A DNA stretch of 64,000 nucleotides, from contig JAZAAK010000014.1 of the NCBI GenBank assembly GCA_036138175.1, positions 20,572 to 84,571 of the forward strand, read 5' to 3'. Positions 1-10,900 of the stretch are shown one piece after another. The notes under the pieces were generated by a model. It did no database searches. It saw only the letters and a list, made by a program, of their open reading frames with translations, and was not told the DNA's origin. This DNA comes from Thermoplasmatota archaeon. Its GTDB lineage: Archaea > Thermoplasmatota > Poseidoniia > Poseidoniales > Thalassarchaeaceae. A program made the translations under genes and the position numbers. Within the stretch, counting starts at the first letter, position 1. Every line of letters starts with the position of its first letter.

Positions 1-3000
1 AACTCCAGTTCCTGTTGCTGGCACAACTTCTTATGGTCCAAATACCAATACCTACGAAGACACAAGCGTACGTTACCACATGATGAACCTCGCTCATTGC
101 CCTGACATGAATAATATCGGTATACACACGCGTACTTGCGATGGTACATCTGTAAGAAATACCAGTGCCGGTGGAGAACTATTTTACTATCCCACTGAAG
201 AATTAACTGAATTCCACGGAGATTTCGAAGTCGGTTACATCGCTAATGGATGGACTCAAGTCGGCCCAAGCAGCTACTGGTGGTTCGCCCAAGGTGATCG
301 AATTATAGATGGAAATTACACCGCTCAATCAGGTAACCTAACTCACAATCAACACTCAACTCTAGAATACGCTGGAGCAATGGCATCGGGAACTTTATCT
401 TTCAATTACTCAGTATCCAGCGAGGCAAACTATGACTATCTTCTGTTTTGTATTGATAATCCGAACTGCTCGAGAAGTTCCTTTACATCCGCTTGGTCTG
501 GAGAAAGTAACGGCACCTATACGGCAACGGTTTCACCAGGATATCACACATACACCTGGAAGTATGTCAAGGACGGTTCAGTATCTCATGGAAATGACTC
601 AGCTTGGATTGATAACGTGCAGCTTCCAATTGCTTCATACACTGAAGAAATGAACAATATGGTGAGTGCAATTATCAACATTACAACAGGAAGTGGAGCG
701 ACCAACACCTTCCTCACTGTGTTGAACCCTTACTCAATTCTCTCAAACCCAAGGTCAACTTGGTCTGTAGGAGATTCTGGACATACCATTGATGAAAATA
801 CAGGTCAATATCAGGAAGATATCGGACCAGATACCGATTGGTATTGGAGAGAAGATGGCGGTGGTTGGGATACTGTTGGTCATCTAGTATTGGTCAATGA
901 CACTCAGATTTCCAAGGGGCATGGTTGGGCATTAAATCCGGACGTCAATGTTGACGATGACGGTAACATCCACATTGTTTGGATCGATGGAAGAAGCGAA
1001 TTCCCTTCCAAAGATGGACCAAGTCAACTGCACTATATGCAACTTGATCCAGACAGACAGGGTGAACTTGACGGAGAGCCTAACGGGCTTATATTGTCAG
1101 AAGTATCTACTGTGAAAGACACTGCAGTACTTTCCTCTAACCTGATTTGGGGGGCAAATCCAAGGGTCGATTTCGACCGAGATGATTCGATCCATATCAC
1201 TTGGTTTGAAACAGGTGCAAAGTGGGATTCTGATGTTGTTGAACTTCGCTGGACTCGAATCCAATCTCCAGTGATGAATGGGTTGGAGGAATTACCATTG
1301 AATCGTTATCTTACTCAGGCATATAGTGTGGTGAATACCCGAACAATCACAGCCAGTACAAATAATTTGATGGGAATATTTGGAAGTGAATTCGATGCTA
1401 GTGCCCAGCCTATTGTCAAGTTCGCTTGGCCTGAACGAACAATCGCTTGGACAGCAAATGATTGCACTGACGAGAGATTCGCAACTAACAAGTGGGATGT
1501 TTGTATGTGGAGTGAAGATCTATACGATATGTCACTAAATCTCGAACCAACTGAAAGTGGCTACGTTACGATTCAACCGGACCAATCAATAGAAGTGGAA
1601 ATGAATCTCCGTCCAATACAAATTCCTGGCGAGGTTGACATAGTTACAATCGATGTTGAGGGTACACTTGATCTATGGGATATTACAGCTGGATTTGGAG
1701 ATAACTATCAATCTTCAACCTCGATTGCAGAGGGCACGTTGGAAGAGGTCAACTTACTAATTCGAGCACCTGATATTCGTCTAGTGAACGATGATCAGTC
1801 GTTTGATGTTATAGTAAAGGTCCAATCGACTTCAGACCAGTTTGCAAACGCTGAACAATTGGTAAGAATCAATCTAGTCAATGATAACGATTGGAATGAT
1901 GACGACCAAGATGGAATCTTGGATGAGTATGATCTATGTCAATTCGGCGATAGTGGCTGGCAATCAACAGCCATGACTGATTATGATGGAGATGGCTGTA
2001 GAGACGAAACAGAGGACCTCGATGACGATAATGATGGAGTCGAGGATGCTCTAGATGAATGCCCAACTGGCATGATGAATCCAGATAGATTCGACGCAGA
2101 TTTCGATGGTTGTGATGATAATCTGGAAGACACTGATATCGATGGCGACTTAGTACTAAACCACGAAGACCTCTGTCCAAATGGTGCACAATACTGGAAT
2201 ACATATTCAACCGACTACGATGGAGATGGATGTCGAGATATGGACGAGGATGACAACGATGATAACGACCCATATCTCGATGTTTTCGACGACTGTCCAA
2301 CAGGAGTAATTGGTTGGACAGGAGCGGCTTACGACCATGATTCAGACGGCTGTCAAGACCACGAGGAAGACTTAGACGATGATAACGATGGAGTTCTAGA
2401 TAGGGAAGATTCCTGTCCATATGGAATGATAGATTGGACCTCTAATGTGATTAGCGATCAAGATGGAGATGGCTGCAATGATGTATACGAAGACGCCGAC
2501 GTTGATGACGACGGAGTGCTAGACATCGAGGATTCTTGTACGACAGGAAAATTCGGATGGCAATCTACACCTCTGAATGATTGGGACGGCGATGGCTGTC
2601 ATGACTCAGAGGAAGATGAAGACGACGATAACGATGGCTTCCTAGATTCAGAAGACTCCTGTATTCGAAGTGCGTCACCAAACCTAGTTGATGCGGATAT
2701 GGATGGTTGTGATGATCGTGGAGAAGATACAGATTTGGATAACGATGGAATCGAATCCTCTGAGGATAATTGTGAAATAAATCCAAATCCAGGATGGGTG
2801 TCATCCCTCAATTCAGACCGAGACCGAGATGGTTGTGCTGATGCAACCGAAGATATCGACGATGATGGCGACGGAGTACTCGACGTCGATGATGCATGCC
2901 CTATCAGCACTCGAATTACAATCGATCATGATAGCGATGGATGTATGGACGAATACGATCTTGATGATGATAATGACGGAGTTCCTGATACTAGAGATCA

Positions 3001-3427
3001 GTGTGCTCACGGAATAATCGCTTGGATTTCTACAAAGGAAACAGATGTTGATGGCGACGGATGTCAAGATTCCTCTGAAGACAAATCATTGCCGAGAGGA
3101 ATTGTTCAGACCATCACCGATTCTCCGGTTCTGATGACTGCAATTTCCGGCTTAGCTCTAATCGTGCTATTGGGAGCCGTTCTACAGCGCCGCTCAGAGC
3201 GCAGAGGTCAAGATGGAATTAGAGATGATACGAGAGATGTCATGGATTCTATGAACGCCGAAGATAAATTATGGGCGGTCAAGACTGAGACCATACAAAT
3301 ACCTACGAAAGCCGAAGTAGAGGATGACAGCCAATACCTAAGATTAGTCGAAACCGGCTATTCTCCTGAAGTCGCGAGAGCAATCGTTGCTTCAGAGGAT
3401 GCAATGAGAAAACAGTCTGAGGAGTGA
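1..3427 (+). CDS. Giant cell-surface protein, 5'-truncated by window edge. It has an N-terminal beta-sandwich region, about 8 tandem acidic calcium-binding thrombospondin type-3-like repeats, a single C-terminal TM anchor and a ~90-aa cytoplasmic tail
   Basis: Reading frame is open from nt 2 with no upstream stop, and the first ATG (nt 80) has no signal peptide, so the true start is upstream of the window. Repeated DxDGDGCxD...DDDNDGxxD...CP units are present. A hydrophobic helix SPVLMTAISGLALIVLLGAVL followed by QRRSERR gives a type-I anchor. A YxWKYVKDGSVSHGNDSAWIDNV motif resembles MAM/choice-of-anchor-J-like adhesin domains (inference). Confidence 0.7.
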   Translation, partial: TPVPVAGTTSYGPNTNTYEDTSVRYHMMNLAHCPDMNNIGIHTRTCDGTSVRNTSAGGELFYYPTEELTEFHGDFEVGYIANGWTQVGPSSYWWFAQGDRIIDGNYTAQSGNLTHNQHSTLEYAGAMASGTLSFNYSVSSEANYDYLLFCIDNPNCSRSSFTSAWSGESNGTYTATVSPGYHTYTWKYVKDGSVSHGNDSAWIDNVQLPIASYTEEMNNMVSAIINITTGSGATNTFLTVLNPYSILSNPRSTWSVGDSGHTIDENTGQYQEDIGPDTDWYWREDGGGWDTVGHLVLVNDTQISKGHGWALNPDVNVDDDGNIHIVWIDGRSEFPSKDGPSQLHYMQLDPDRQGELDGEPNGLILSEVSTVKDTAVLSSNLIWGANPRVDFDRDDSIHITWFETGAKWDSDVVELRWTRIQSPVMNGLEELPLNRYLTQAYSVVNTRTITASTNNLMGIFGSEFDASAQPIVKFAWPERTIAWTANDCTDERFATNKWDVCMWSEDLYDMSLNLEPTESGYVTIQPDQSIEVEMNLRPIQIPGEVDIVTIDVEGTLDLWDITAGFGDNYQSSTSIAEGTLEEVNLLIRAPDIRLVNDDQSFDVIVKVQSTSDQFANAEQLVRINLVNDNDWNDDDQDGILDEYDLCQFGDSGWQSTAMTDYDGDGCRDETEDLDDDNDGVEDALDECPTGMMNPDRFDADFDGCDDNLEDTDIDGDLVLNHEDLCPNGAQYWNTYSTDYDGDGCRDMDEDDNDDNDPYLDVFDDCPTGVIGWTGAAYDHDSDGCQDHEEDLDDDNDGVLDREDSCPYGMIDWTSNVISDQDGDGCNDVYEDADVDDDGVLDIEDSCTTGKFGWQSTPLNDWDGDGCHDSEEDEDDDNDGFLDSEDSCIRSASPNLVDADMDGCDDRGEDTDLDNDGIESSEDNCEINPNPGWVSSLNSDRDRDGCADATEDIDDDGDGVLDVDDACPISTRITIDHDSDGCMDEYDLDDDNDGVPDTRDQCAHGIIAWISTKETDVDGDGCQDSSEDKSLPRGIVQTITDSPVLMTAISGLALIVLLGAVLQRRSERRGQDGIRDDTRDVMDSMNAEDKLWAVKTETIQIPTKAEVEDDSQYLRLVETGYSPEVARAIVASEDAMRKQSEE
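1876..3082 (+). repeat. Protein-level tandem array (~8 units of ~45 aa) of thrombospondin type-3-like calcium-binding repeats. The DNA-level copies are diverged
   Basis: Recurrent D-x-D-G-D-G-C-x-D ... L-D-D-D-N-D-G-V-x-D ... C-P pattern read in the translation. The nucleotide copies share the GAT/GAC-rich skeleton but are not identical. Confidence 0.6.
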
Positions 3428-3446
3428 TTTCCCATGACTGAGGGTT

Positions 3447-3468
3447 TGGATGGCATTTCGCCATCCTT
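3447..3468 (+). terminator. Hairpin ggatggc-atttc-gccatcc followed by a TTT(CC) run, 20 nt after the stop of the surface-protein gene. Putative transcript-end structure
   Basis: Perfect 7-bp inverted repeat with a 5-nt loop seen directly in the sequence, followed by a pyrimidine/T run. Archaeal terminators are oligo-T based. Confidence 0.35.
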
Positions 3469-3469
3469 T

Positions 3470-3528
3470 CCCTCGCAACCAGTATTGAGCACCTTGAAAA
3501 CGCCAAGGGGGGACTGAGGGTTGCGAGG
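3470..3528 (+). promoter_or_regulatory. 10-bp inverted repeat cctcgcaacc...ggttgcgagg with a ~38-nt spacer, overlapping the start codon of the HTH_10 regulator gene
   Basis: Seen directly in the sequence. The right arm ends at the first codons of ORF 3521. It could be an autoregulatory operator or an RNA structure sequestering the start. Confidence 0.25.
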
Positions 3529-4189
3529 CAACCACATGAGGGCGGTCAGAGTAGAGTGCGCTTTCTCTGCAATCGAGGACGACTCTAGAGCCCAAGCAGG
3601 CTTGCAGTGCATTTCCTGGGACTTCCGTTCCATGCTTGGGATGGTAGATGGAAATCTGCGAATAATGGTCGAATGTATCACCATTGATGGGAATTGTCCT
3701 CGTGAAGGGAAATATGTCGATGGTATCCGTATTGTGCAAATCCTCGAAGAGTGGCAATCTGACATCCTAACTCACCATCTTGTAGTGCTAGAATTTTCTT
3801 CGGACTTTGTCGGTCATTACTTCCATGGTGGGGATTTGGCTATTCTTGCAGGATCAAACTTCACAGCTAATGGTTTGGTATTGCAAATCGCAGGTCGACA
3901 TGAATCAATGATTCGCTTCTTATCGGATATCAGAACTAAGATTTCAGTCGAGCGCGTTACCTCTGCGAAAGGCTCTGAAGGTTTGGTCCAGAAGGGTCCT
4001 ACTTTGCAACAACACCGAGTCGTTCGACTTGCACATGAAAGTGGGTGGTATGAGGTACCAAAGAGAACTTCAATCCGTGACTTGGCGGACAAGTTAGGTC
4101 TTTCCAAGTCAACAGTTGCAGAGCAATTAGTCAAGGCTGAGGGCGAGATAGTTGCGAGTTTCCTAGACACATCCTTAGATTCTGAATGA
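3521..4189 (+). CDS. Transcriptional regulator with a C-terminal HTH_10 (bacterio-opsin-activator-type) DNA-binding domain
   Basis: C-terminal WYEVPKRTSIRDLADKLGLSKSTVAEQLVKAEGEIVASFL is the typical halobacterial-type HTH_10 motif. It appears to use a TTG start, and an alternative ATG lies 5 codons in. Confidence 0.6.
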   Translation: MRGNHMRAVRVECAFSAIEDDSRAQAGLQCISWDFRSMLGMVDGNLRIMVECITIDGNCPREGKYVDGIRIVQILEEWQSDILTHHLVVLEFSSDFVGHYFHGGDLAILAGSNFTANGLVLQIAGRHESMIRFLSDIRTKISVERVTSAKGSEGLVQKGPTLQQHRVVRLAHESGWYEVPKRTSIRDLADKLGLSKSTVAEQLVKAEGEIVASFLDTSLDSE

Positions 4190-4247
4190 TGCTTGAAATA
4201 CGGATATTCATAGGTGCGAAAAAACTCGCAAAATTTGAGAGGATACA

Positions 4248-4679
4248 ATGAGTAAGATTCCCGCTGTCAAACTACAGCAATTAATGGGTCTCGATGAGTA
4301 TGAATTGACCTTAGCCATCGATAGGGTAGCCAGCGAGTTAGGCATCACTGCAGAAGAGGTTCAATCAGAACTTGATTCGTTAGACTCTGGTTCTTCTTCA
4401 AACCAAATTGAATCTCCCCCACCTTTAGAACCACCACAACGAAAATCGATATTTTCACGAAATCAATCAACCTCCGGAGACGATTCTCCAACATTTGTAT
4501 CGGATGTATCAAAATTCAGAGTATCCTACGATCCAAGCCATGAAGGGAAAAAAAGACAGCAACAAGTCAATCAGGCAATTGTCTGCACTAATTGTTCCGT
4601 ACCGCTCGGTATTCCAAATATCAGACCGATCAAGGTAACCTGCCCTTCCTGTGGGGTTGAAACCACATACGAGAGTTAG
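4248..4679 (+). CDS. Small protein with an acidic N-terminus and a C-terminal CxxC...CxxC zinc ribbon. Function unknown
   Basis: ORF with ATG start. CTNC...(17 aa)...CPSC spacing is typical of zinc ribbons. It has a Ser/Pro-rich linker. Confidence 0.5.
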   Translation: MSKIPAVKLQQLMGLDEYELTLAIDRVASELGITAEEVQSELDSLDSGSSSNQIESPPPLEPPQRKSIFSRNQSTSGDDSPTFVSDVSKFRVSYDPSHEGKKRQQQVNQAIVCTNCSVPLGIPNIRPIKVTCPSCGVETTYES

Positions 4680-5896
4680 ATACCCCAGTATCGATTGCTA
4701 CCGTCATCATCTGTTTCCGCAGTAACTGAATCAATTGCAGTCTTCAGAAGATAGTAGAATACAATCGCGATAATTGGGAAGAACCAGGTGTCAGATACAT
4801 TGCCTGCAGTAATGTCGTAACCTTCACCACCCAACTCAGCTAATGTTACCTCAATAACAGCCTTTGTAATCGAATAAACCACTGCTCCAAGTCCTACCAG
4901 TATCAAACTTTGACCTGTGAATGACCCTTCCTTCCAACGTAGAACACCAAGGGAAAGAACGAATGAGAAAGCGGAGACTAGAATCCACGTTAATGCTTGA
5001 TCAATTGCAATTACCCAAACCGCAAAATCTCGATTGACTGCGTCTAAGTCGAAACTGTCAATTCGACGGAATGTGTCCAAAACATAGGCATTTAATTCTG
5101 CAGGGTTGCCGTAGAAAACCGAATAGAAAGTTAAGATTGAAAACAACACTGAAACAATGGATAACCCCCATAACAAAGAAGACCAAATTCCTCCAGTTGC
5201 ACTTTCTCTCATGTCAATCATTAACCGCTCCAATTGGTGTTCCCAACCTAATCCCTTGGCAAGAATCCAGATTCCTATAATCAATGGCATTGCACCGATT
5301 AGAACAGCGCCATTTGGTAAAATCAAGCCGAGTCCAAAGATAATCAAAAACAAAGCAGCAGGAACGAGTAATCGCGCCCTCCAACGAGGGTCTTCGATTG
5401 CCTTGGCGACGTAGTAGTAAGTACTCTCAATTCCCTTTGATTGCCTCACAATAATCTTCTCAACGTGATCGACCCTTACTCTAGATGTTAGGATTGGTAG
5501 TGACGCTTCATCATCTGCTCCATCGGTGACTAACACGGCTGTATCCGGTTGAAATTCCTGAATCACTTCGTCGAGTTGGCTCGCAATCGCTCGGTCTGAC
5601 CGAGGGCCAACTCGGACATCACCAGTCAGAATTGCAATTTCAATTTCATCTTCGCCATCATTCCTCTCACTCAATCGGTCGTGATGATGAAGGGCTCCTA
5701 GAATGGCGTTTGTATCGGACTCTTCAGGGTCAGCAATACCTAGTTTTAGGGCCGCAGTCAAGGTCGCTTTACGACCGATTACTGGCCCCCTAATTCCAGC
5801 TTTAACTCCAAGATCATTGTCTCTGTCAATGGTGATAACGAGTGTCCGCACCATACTGGAAGCCTCCGTTGCGATGTGCAATGAGGCCTTCCCCAT
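4676..5896 (-). CDS. DUF373-family archaeal membrane protein
   Basis: N-terminus MVRTLVITIDRDNDLGVKAGIRGPVIGRKATLTAALKLGIADPEESDTNAI matches the conserved DUF373 N-domain. Several TM helices follow. Confidence 0.7.
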   Translation of the reverse strand: MGKASLHIATEASSMVRTLVITIDRDNDLGVKAGIRGPVIGRKATLTAALKLGIADPEESDTNAILGALHHHDRLSERNDGEDEIEIAILTGDVRVGPRSDRAIASQLDEVIQEFQPDTAVLVTDGADDEASLPILTSRVRVDHVEKIIVRQSKGIESTYYYVAKAIEDPRWRARLLVPAALFLIIFGLGLILPNGAVLIGAMPLIIGIWILAKGLGWEHQLERLMIDMRESATGGIWSSLLWGLSIVSVLFSILTFYSVFYGNPAELNAYVLDTFRRIDSFDLDAVNRDFAVWVIAIDQALTWILVSAFSFVLSLGVLRWKEGSFTGQSLILVGLGAVVYSITKAVIEVTLAELGGEGYDITAGNVSDTWFFPIIAIVFYYLLKTAIDSVTAETDDDGSNRYWGI

Positions 5897-7122
5897 TATG
5901 AAGAATCGGCAGGATTGCTTGTTTCAGAAGCACCTTCGGTGCGTTCTGGAGTTTCTTCGGTTTGAGATGAACGTACTTCATTTTGGTATCGCCTTTTTTG
6001 TTTGGCTCTGAGATATTTCAGCGGATGGTTCATCCACTCCTGATCACACAAACGATCGTCTCCCGGATTAACTGGGCAGCGAGCACCAGTCTTCAGTGCA
6101 GAGCATCCGTGAGGTGTGTATTGGTGTTCATAGATATGGCCGACTTGGTATGAAGTAGTCTCTGCATTGTAGTCTGGGGCGTTTTCGAAAAATGAGCAAG
6201 TAATTTCTGGCGTATGCCCCATAGCCCTTGACATTGCGGCCAAGAAGACTCGCCCTGTATGATTGACATTGATGCCTTGACTCAATTCAGCCACTGCAGA
6301 TTCGAAGCAAGGCGGCCAATCCTCTCGGACAGCCGCCGTCATTGGCATCTCGGCGCTAACCCTTTCAGAGAGTAGGCCGAGAATTCTGTCGACGGGGTCA
6401 GCAAAAAGGGCTGCAAATGCATCATCCATCTTGTCCATGCGGTCGGTACAATCCTCTGTCAAAGATTGTCTAACTCGTTCCTTCAATAGACGCGCAGTGC
6501 GCTGTTGACTATTCTCTCCGCTGGCTGGATCCATCTGAACCCAGCCTTCTTTCACCGGCCGATTTACCAATCGCCAATATCCACCGGTTATTTTTGGACA
6601 AAGTTCCAAGAAATCTACCATTGGAACGTGATAGATAATTTCGGTCGTACCTGCAACCGTCTCGCTGCGAATATCAGAGAGATAGGTGCGAGCGATAATT
6701 TCGAAGTGATTAGCATCCATTCCAAAGAGTTGGTCGGCACGACTAGATTCTCCTTCCACCCAGCGATTTAGCAGACGTTCTTCGAAGGAAGCACAAACGA
6801 CCAGCATGGCATGCAGGAAGGATAGAGCCTCGGTCATTCTGCCTACGTCTGAAGAGAGGTCGACGGTAGTGGTGGAGTCAACCCCTTCCTTGTGAACTAC
6901 TGACTCAACCAAGCGTAAACTTCCACGACGTCTTATGTCTTCCAGCCAAGGTTCTTCGATGAGTCCCTCAACAGAAATTCCATTTGCACTTAGTTGGTTA
7001 CGAATAAAATCTCGACTCTGTGGAAGGAATGGATAGCGCGCTAGAACGGACTCATCTTCGACGGCCGGTGGAGTGAGCGGCATTGGCATTGTAAGTCGCA
7101 ATATATCGAGAGGGTATTTCAA
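5896..7122 (-). CDS. priL: DNA primase large subunit PriL
   Basis: Conserved WPPCF motif and four C-terminal cysteines (CSFF...CSALK...CPVNP...CDQEW) of the Fe-S domain. Overall length of 408 aa fits. Confidence 0.7.
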   Translation of the reverse strand: MKYPLDILRLTMPMPLTPPAVEDESVLARYPFLPQSRDFIRNQLSANGISVEGLIEEPWLEDIRRRGSLRLVESVVHKEGVDSTTTVDLSSDVGRMTEALSFLHAMLVVCASFEERLLNRWVEGESSRADQLFGMDANHFEIIARTYLSDIRSETVAGTTEIIYHVPMVDFLELCPKITGGYWRLVNRPVKEGWVQMDPASGENSQQRTARLLKERVRQSLTEDCTDRMDKMDDAFAALFADPVDRILGLLSERVSAEMPMTAAVREDWPPCFESAVAELSQGINVNHTGRVFLAAMSRAMGHTPEITCSFFENAPDYNAETTSYQVGHIYEHQYTPHGCSALKTGARCPVNPGDDRLCDQEWMNHPLKYLRAKQKRRYQNEVRSSQTEETPERTEGASETSNPADSS

Positions 7123-7156
7123 GCCTCACCGAACCCTTCCACTGGAGAGGCCTCTG

Positions 7157-7915
7157 ATGCAGACTAAACCCACCGACCTGAATCCAGTTGACGAGCGTTT
7201 GCTCGAACTTCAGGATGAAGTGCGTGAATTCTTCGGTTGGGGGCTACAAGCGGATGTAGATAGTGCCCTTTCTTTGGTTGCCAATGTTGATGATTTAGAG
7301 ATTGAATCTTGGTCCAAACCTTGGCGAGCCAAAACACTGGCATCCTTGCACAGAAGGCTAGTCCTTCGAGATACCAAGGTTGCTATTTTGGGCGCGGCGA
7401 TAACCACTCATGAAATAGAACAGGTGTTGGAAAGCAATTGCCTAATGATTGCCGCCGACGGCTCTTGTGGTGTACTAGACAAGCTACCTAATTCAGTATC
7501 AGAGCGTGCTTGGTCACGTTTGGTTTGTATCGTTAGCGACGCGGATGGCGGAGATGGTACTGTCGCCGCCGTCAAACGGGGCGTTCCAGTAATTTTGCAC
7601 GCACATGGAGATAATTCAGAATCATGGTCTGAATTGTTAGAATTAGCAAGTTCTCAACGCTCTCCGCCACCGATTGTACTGACACATCAAACACCTAAAT
7701 CGATTGAAGGAATGCACAATCCTGGAGGCTTCACTGATGGCGATCGAGCCGTGTGTTTCGCTCGAGCGTTAGGAGTTGAAAGAGACAACATCTTACTTCT
7801 TGGAACTCGAACCGATATAGTAGGTGAGTGGTCGGGTACGACCGATCCTAAACGTAAATTGGTCAAACTTCAGTGGATGGCTGAGGTTCTGCAACACTTG
7901 GGTTTCCTAGTCTAA
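7157..7915 (+). CDS. MptE-like 6-hydroxymethylpterin diphosphokinase (DUF115 family)
   Basis: IAADGS and IVSDADGG motifs plus the hallmark HAHGDN motif of archaeal MptE/DUF115. The ORF track starts at 7073 and overlaps priL. The ATG at 7157 avoids the overlap. Confidence 0.6.
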   Translation: MQTKPTDLNPVDERLLELQDEVREFFGWGLQADVDSALSLVANVDDLEIESWSKPWRAKTLASLHRRLVLRDTKVAILGAAITTHEIEQVLESNCLMIAADGSCGVLDKLPNSVSERAWSRLVCIVSDADGGDGTVAAVKRGVPVILHAHGDNSESWSELLELASSQRSPPPIVLTHQTPKSIEGMHNPGGFTDGDRAVCFARALGVERDNILLLGTRTDIVGEWSGTTDPKRKLVKLQWMAEVLQHLGFLV

Positions 7916-7918
7916 ATA

Positions 7919-10900
7919 TCAAAGGAAGTCGCTCAGTGTCATTACCGTCACAGTATCGTCATTGAATAGGGAATCAACACTATCCGACAACCAATCAACG
8001 CGTTGCCTGGTGTAAAGGTCAACTCCGTAATTCTCCATAACGTGTTGAGTGACTTTGATGTATTTTCTAACAGAACCTTCCGATACGGTCAGAACGATAT
8101 TTCCACCACACATGGAGGAGGAATCATCTCTGCCATTTGACAAACCTCCTTCGTTCCTCTTTCGCTGAATACATCGACCTGCCAATGGCATTCTCCTGTA
8201 TGACTGCCCACATCTAACACAACGGACCTTCTGTCTAGTGAAAGCAACAAGGTTGCCTCTCAAATCAGGTAAGAAGTGCGATTCAATCACCTGACTTGCA
8301 ACCTTAGAAACATCCACTGGGCGCAACTTTGATCCTAATTCCAATTGAGCCGTCATTTTGTCAACCATAGTCTCCAATGTCTTGTAGGATGAATTAGCAG
8401 GACCCGCATCTAGAGCGCCGGAATCATGAGTCCAACCATATCCACGCAAGTCCCCGTAAGTGCCGAGACGATGCTCAACAATTTCGATGTGAGATTTCAA
8501 TTCAGCAGGGTGCGGCTGTCCTTGAGAAGCCTCATAGAATGCTCTAGGGTAGTGCCATGAGCAGTCTACGTTCAATGCCTCTTTGTCAATCTCGGAGGGA
8601 TTCAGCCTGGTGGTCAATACGAGAGGTGCATCCATCCTTCCTCCTCGATTGGCTGGAAGGATTGCTCTTGAGAAATTCAACAAACCATCCATCAACATCA
8701 TGATACTGTCCTCATCACCATCACAATTGCGTCGCTTGGCTGCATGGAACAGTGGGTGTGCATAGCCGGCTGATGCATCGGTCCAACCAATGATTCGACA
8801 CAAAACGCCTCCAGAGGTGTGAGGTGCTAGACCAATTGCCAGATGACCAACTAAATCATCAGCGGAGTTTACTCTGTAGAATGGCTGCATTCCATAGAAT
8901 CTAGTCAGCAACTCATCGACGAAATTGCAAGTCGAAGTAAGGTGCTGTATTGCTAGGGATGAAGGGATGAAGTCCTGAGGAAATAACTCAAGGATTTGTT
9001 CATCTCCAGTTAATGGGTTTCCATCGACGTCGTGGGAGTATCCTAGTTTGCTTAGTATCTCCCAAGAAGTATGGATTTCAGATGGTCGAAAATGAGTTAC
9101 CGGCACATCAATCATATCGTATCTTGCCGTCCCATCTCTAAACACTGAAAGCTCATTTCTTGCTCTCAATATGCCTTTTTCCAAAGGTTCAGGTGTTTGT
9201 TCATAGGACATTAGACCCTTTACAGACTTGATCTTTTCAGGCAATCTGTCTAGGCCAAGAGAACGGCGCTTTACCTCAAGTAATCCTGCGACAGGAATAC
9301 TTGTCCTCTGGCCTAATCTTCGAGGCGTTCTATTTCCTCTAATCGGTCGGGGACGAGTCTTCCCCCCACACTCTTCAGGAACAGAAGAATCCGGCCGAGT
9401 ATGGCATCGTAACATTGGTGACTCCATGCCGCATTTTACACAAATTCGAGGGCCAGTTTCAACTCGAATTCGACCGCGCTTTGCGGCTTCACCAAGTAAG
9501 CGCTGCGGTCCTCCATGATCGCCGATTGGGAATAACGAGTGGACTAATGGTTTCATTTCACGCCTACTGGCTTTCTCAGGCCGACCCATTCTAGAACCGA
9601 CTCGACAGGGTACTGCATCTTCCCATCTCAAATCGGATAATTTCCTAACCAGCCAAAGCGTTCTGTCCACCTCATGATCATCTAGAAGATGTTGTGCAGC
9701 CATCAATTCCTTTCGGTTCGGAGGGCCGGGGTCTTCGATTGCTTCTGCCGCTTCGTCACCTTCTTTTTCAGTCTCGGCAATACTCATGCCTCTTTGTCGA
9801 GCGGCGGTTTGTGCTCTAACACGCTCTACATCACGCTCTGCTTCAATCTCCTCTCTTCGAACATCTTCCACTCGTAAGGTTTCAGTCGCGGCTCTAATTT
9901 TGGCAACTCTATCCGTAACATGCGGTGCAGCGTCTGCGCGTATTTTGATTTGTGAGCCCTCTGCCTCAAGTCCAAGCCCCTCCAATAGCGCTTCCCAATT
10001 TGATGGTATTACAATATCTCCACGTCGGTGGTGGTGCTGTATTCCCAGAACCAATAGTGAAGATTTGATTACACCATGTGTCTCTAATTCAGTCCATCTA
10101 GGCCAAACCCCTGTTGAAGGTGAATCGAGTCCGATGTCCTCGAGTTTTTGTTCCGGAGACCAGCCTTGAACAACATCAGGAATCCTTAGCCCCTTACTCT
10201 TGATTTTGGAGTTCAATAGTGCCTCGATTAATTTCCCTGTAAATGATAGTGGTAAGTCCGACCACCATGGGTTGAATGGAGGTGGGGGCGCGGTTCCGAA
10301 TTTGATACAAATTTGCTTAATTTGTGACCAATCCATCTCAAGATTACGAAGGTAGCGATTCCAATCCCTCTTTCGACGGACGCGGTCCAAAGCTGGCTCT
10401 CCACCACGACTAATCGCGCCATTGAATGGTAATCCAGGAGGAAAATTCTCTCTACTTACACCAATTATTGATGCGAATTCTTCGACTTTTTGCGGCTGAT
10501 CGAGATTTTCTGCGAGGTCAGCCGCCCACCAGTCTTTATTGTAAGGAGAGGGAACAAGATTCTTGTTATTCTCAAGGAATTCCCCAAATCCAACTAACAT
10601 CTCTCCAGAGTCCCATAGACTGACAACGGTATCTTTGATACTATTCCATTCCTCCATCGAATCAATCCGATGGAACCCACCATCTTCAAGCAATACCATT
10701 GGTCCTTCGATATCGATTGCAGGAGTAACCGCCGCCGCTTTTCCTGGGCGCTCGACTTTCATCTGGGTTCCAACTGCAAGGAATCCTTGCATTGCTTCCA
10801 TAGAAACGGGATTGATTCCTGCCGCGGCCAATCCGGACGCCCTACTGCGACCATATCTTATTCGGAAAGCACCAGGCTGGCTGGGCTCACCAAAAACAGG

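Noticed and set aside
1878-3067. Minus- and plus-strand ORFs of 62-180 aa (1878-2420, 2565-2804, 2599-2910, 2813-3067, 2829-3017) inside the TSP3 repeat region of the first gene
   Set aside because: They are His/Arg/Ser-rich low-complexity translations of the antisense or shifted frames of a GAT/GAC-rich repeat. The sense frame carries clear domain repeats.
3303-3765. Minus-strand ORFs spanning the intergenic hairpin region and the start of the HTH_10 gene
   Set aside because: They overlap two well-supported sense genes and the terminator hairpins, and have no homology features.
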